Of a stretch of 64,000 nt of DNA, positions 63,964 to 64,000 are shown in pieces. The DNA is taken from contig OX597822.1 in assembly GCA_951406725.2 (NCBI GenBank), forward strand, positions 116,312,001 through 116,376,000. The letters are read 5' to 3'. Below the pieces are notes generated by a model. The model was not told where the DNA came from. It was given only the letters and a program-made list of their open reading frames with translations, and did not search any database. The stretch is from Octopus vulgaris (taxonomy: Eukaryota). Every line of letters starts with the position of its first letter. The first letter of the stretch is position 1. The position numbers and the translations under genes were made by a program.

Positions 63964-64000
63964 AGTCATTATCATGAAATTGACAGGAATTCTTAGACAC

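Overview
Eukaryotic, AT-rich, repeat-saturated DNA. The repeat families and microsatellite load resemble a coleoid cephalopod (Octopus-like) genome; this is inferred from recognition, not from a search. No intact protein-coding gene is visible, and nearly all listed ORFs are microsatellite or TE artefacts. The window holds three tRNA-headed SINE families (here A, B, D), many 5'-truncated RTE LINE copies whose 3'UTR carries a variable ~60-bp repeat array, one decayed L1/Tx1 LINE (41.4-44.2 kb), a fragmented Gypsy gag-pol (9.4-16.5 kb, minus), a decayed mariner, piggyBac- and mariner-type MITEs and two non-autonomous Helitrons. A CpG-rich promoter with a candidate first exon lies at 32-33.7 kb (minus). 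The main discovery is about 12 minimal type-I hammerhead ribozyme (HHR) motifs in short, non-coding, Penelope-like elements beside microsatellites. Their catalytic-core 3:8 pair varies as C:G, U:A, A:U and G.U. They include tandem and fold-back arrangements and one copy joined to a Pol III B-box. A second highlight is that the SINE B 3' tail matches the 3' end of the Tx1/L1 LINE in the same window. All structures were folded and aligned by eye, and element boundaries are approximate unless a TSD or TIR is quoted.
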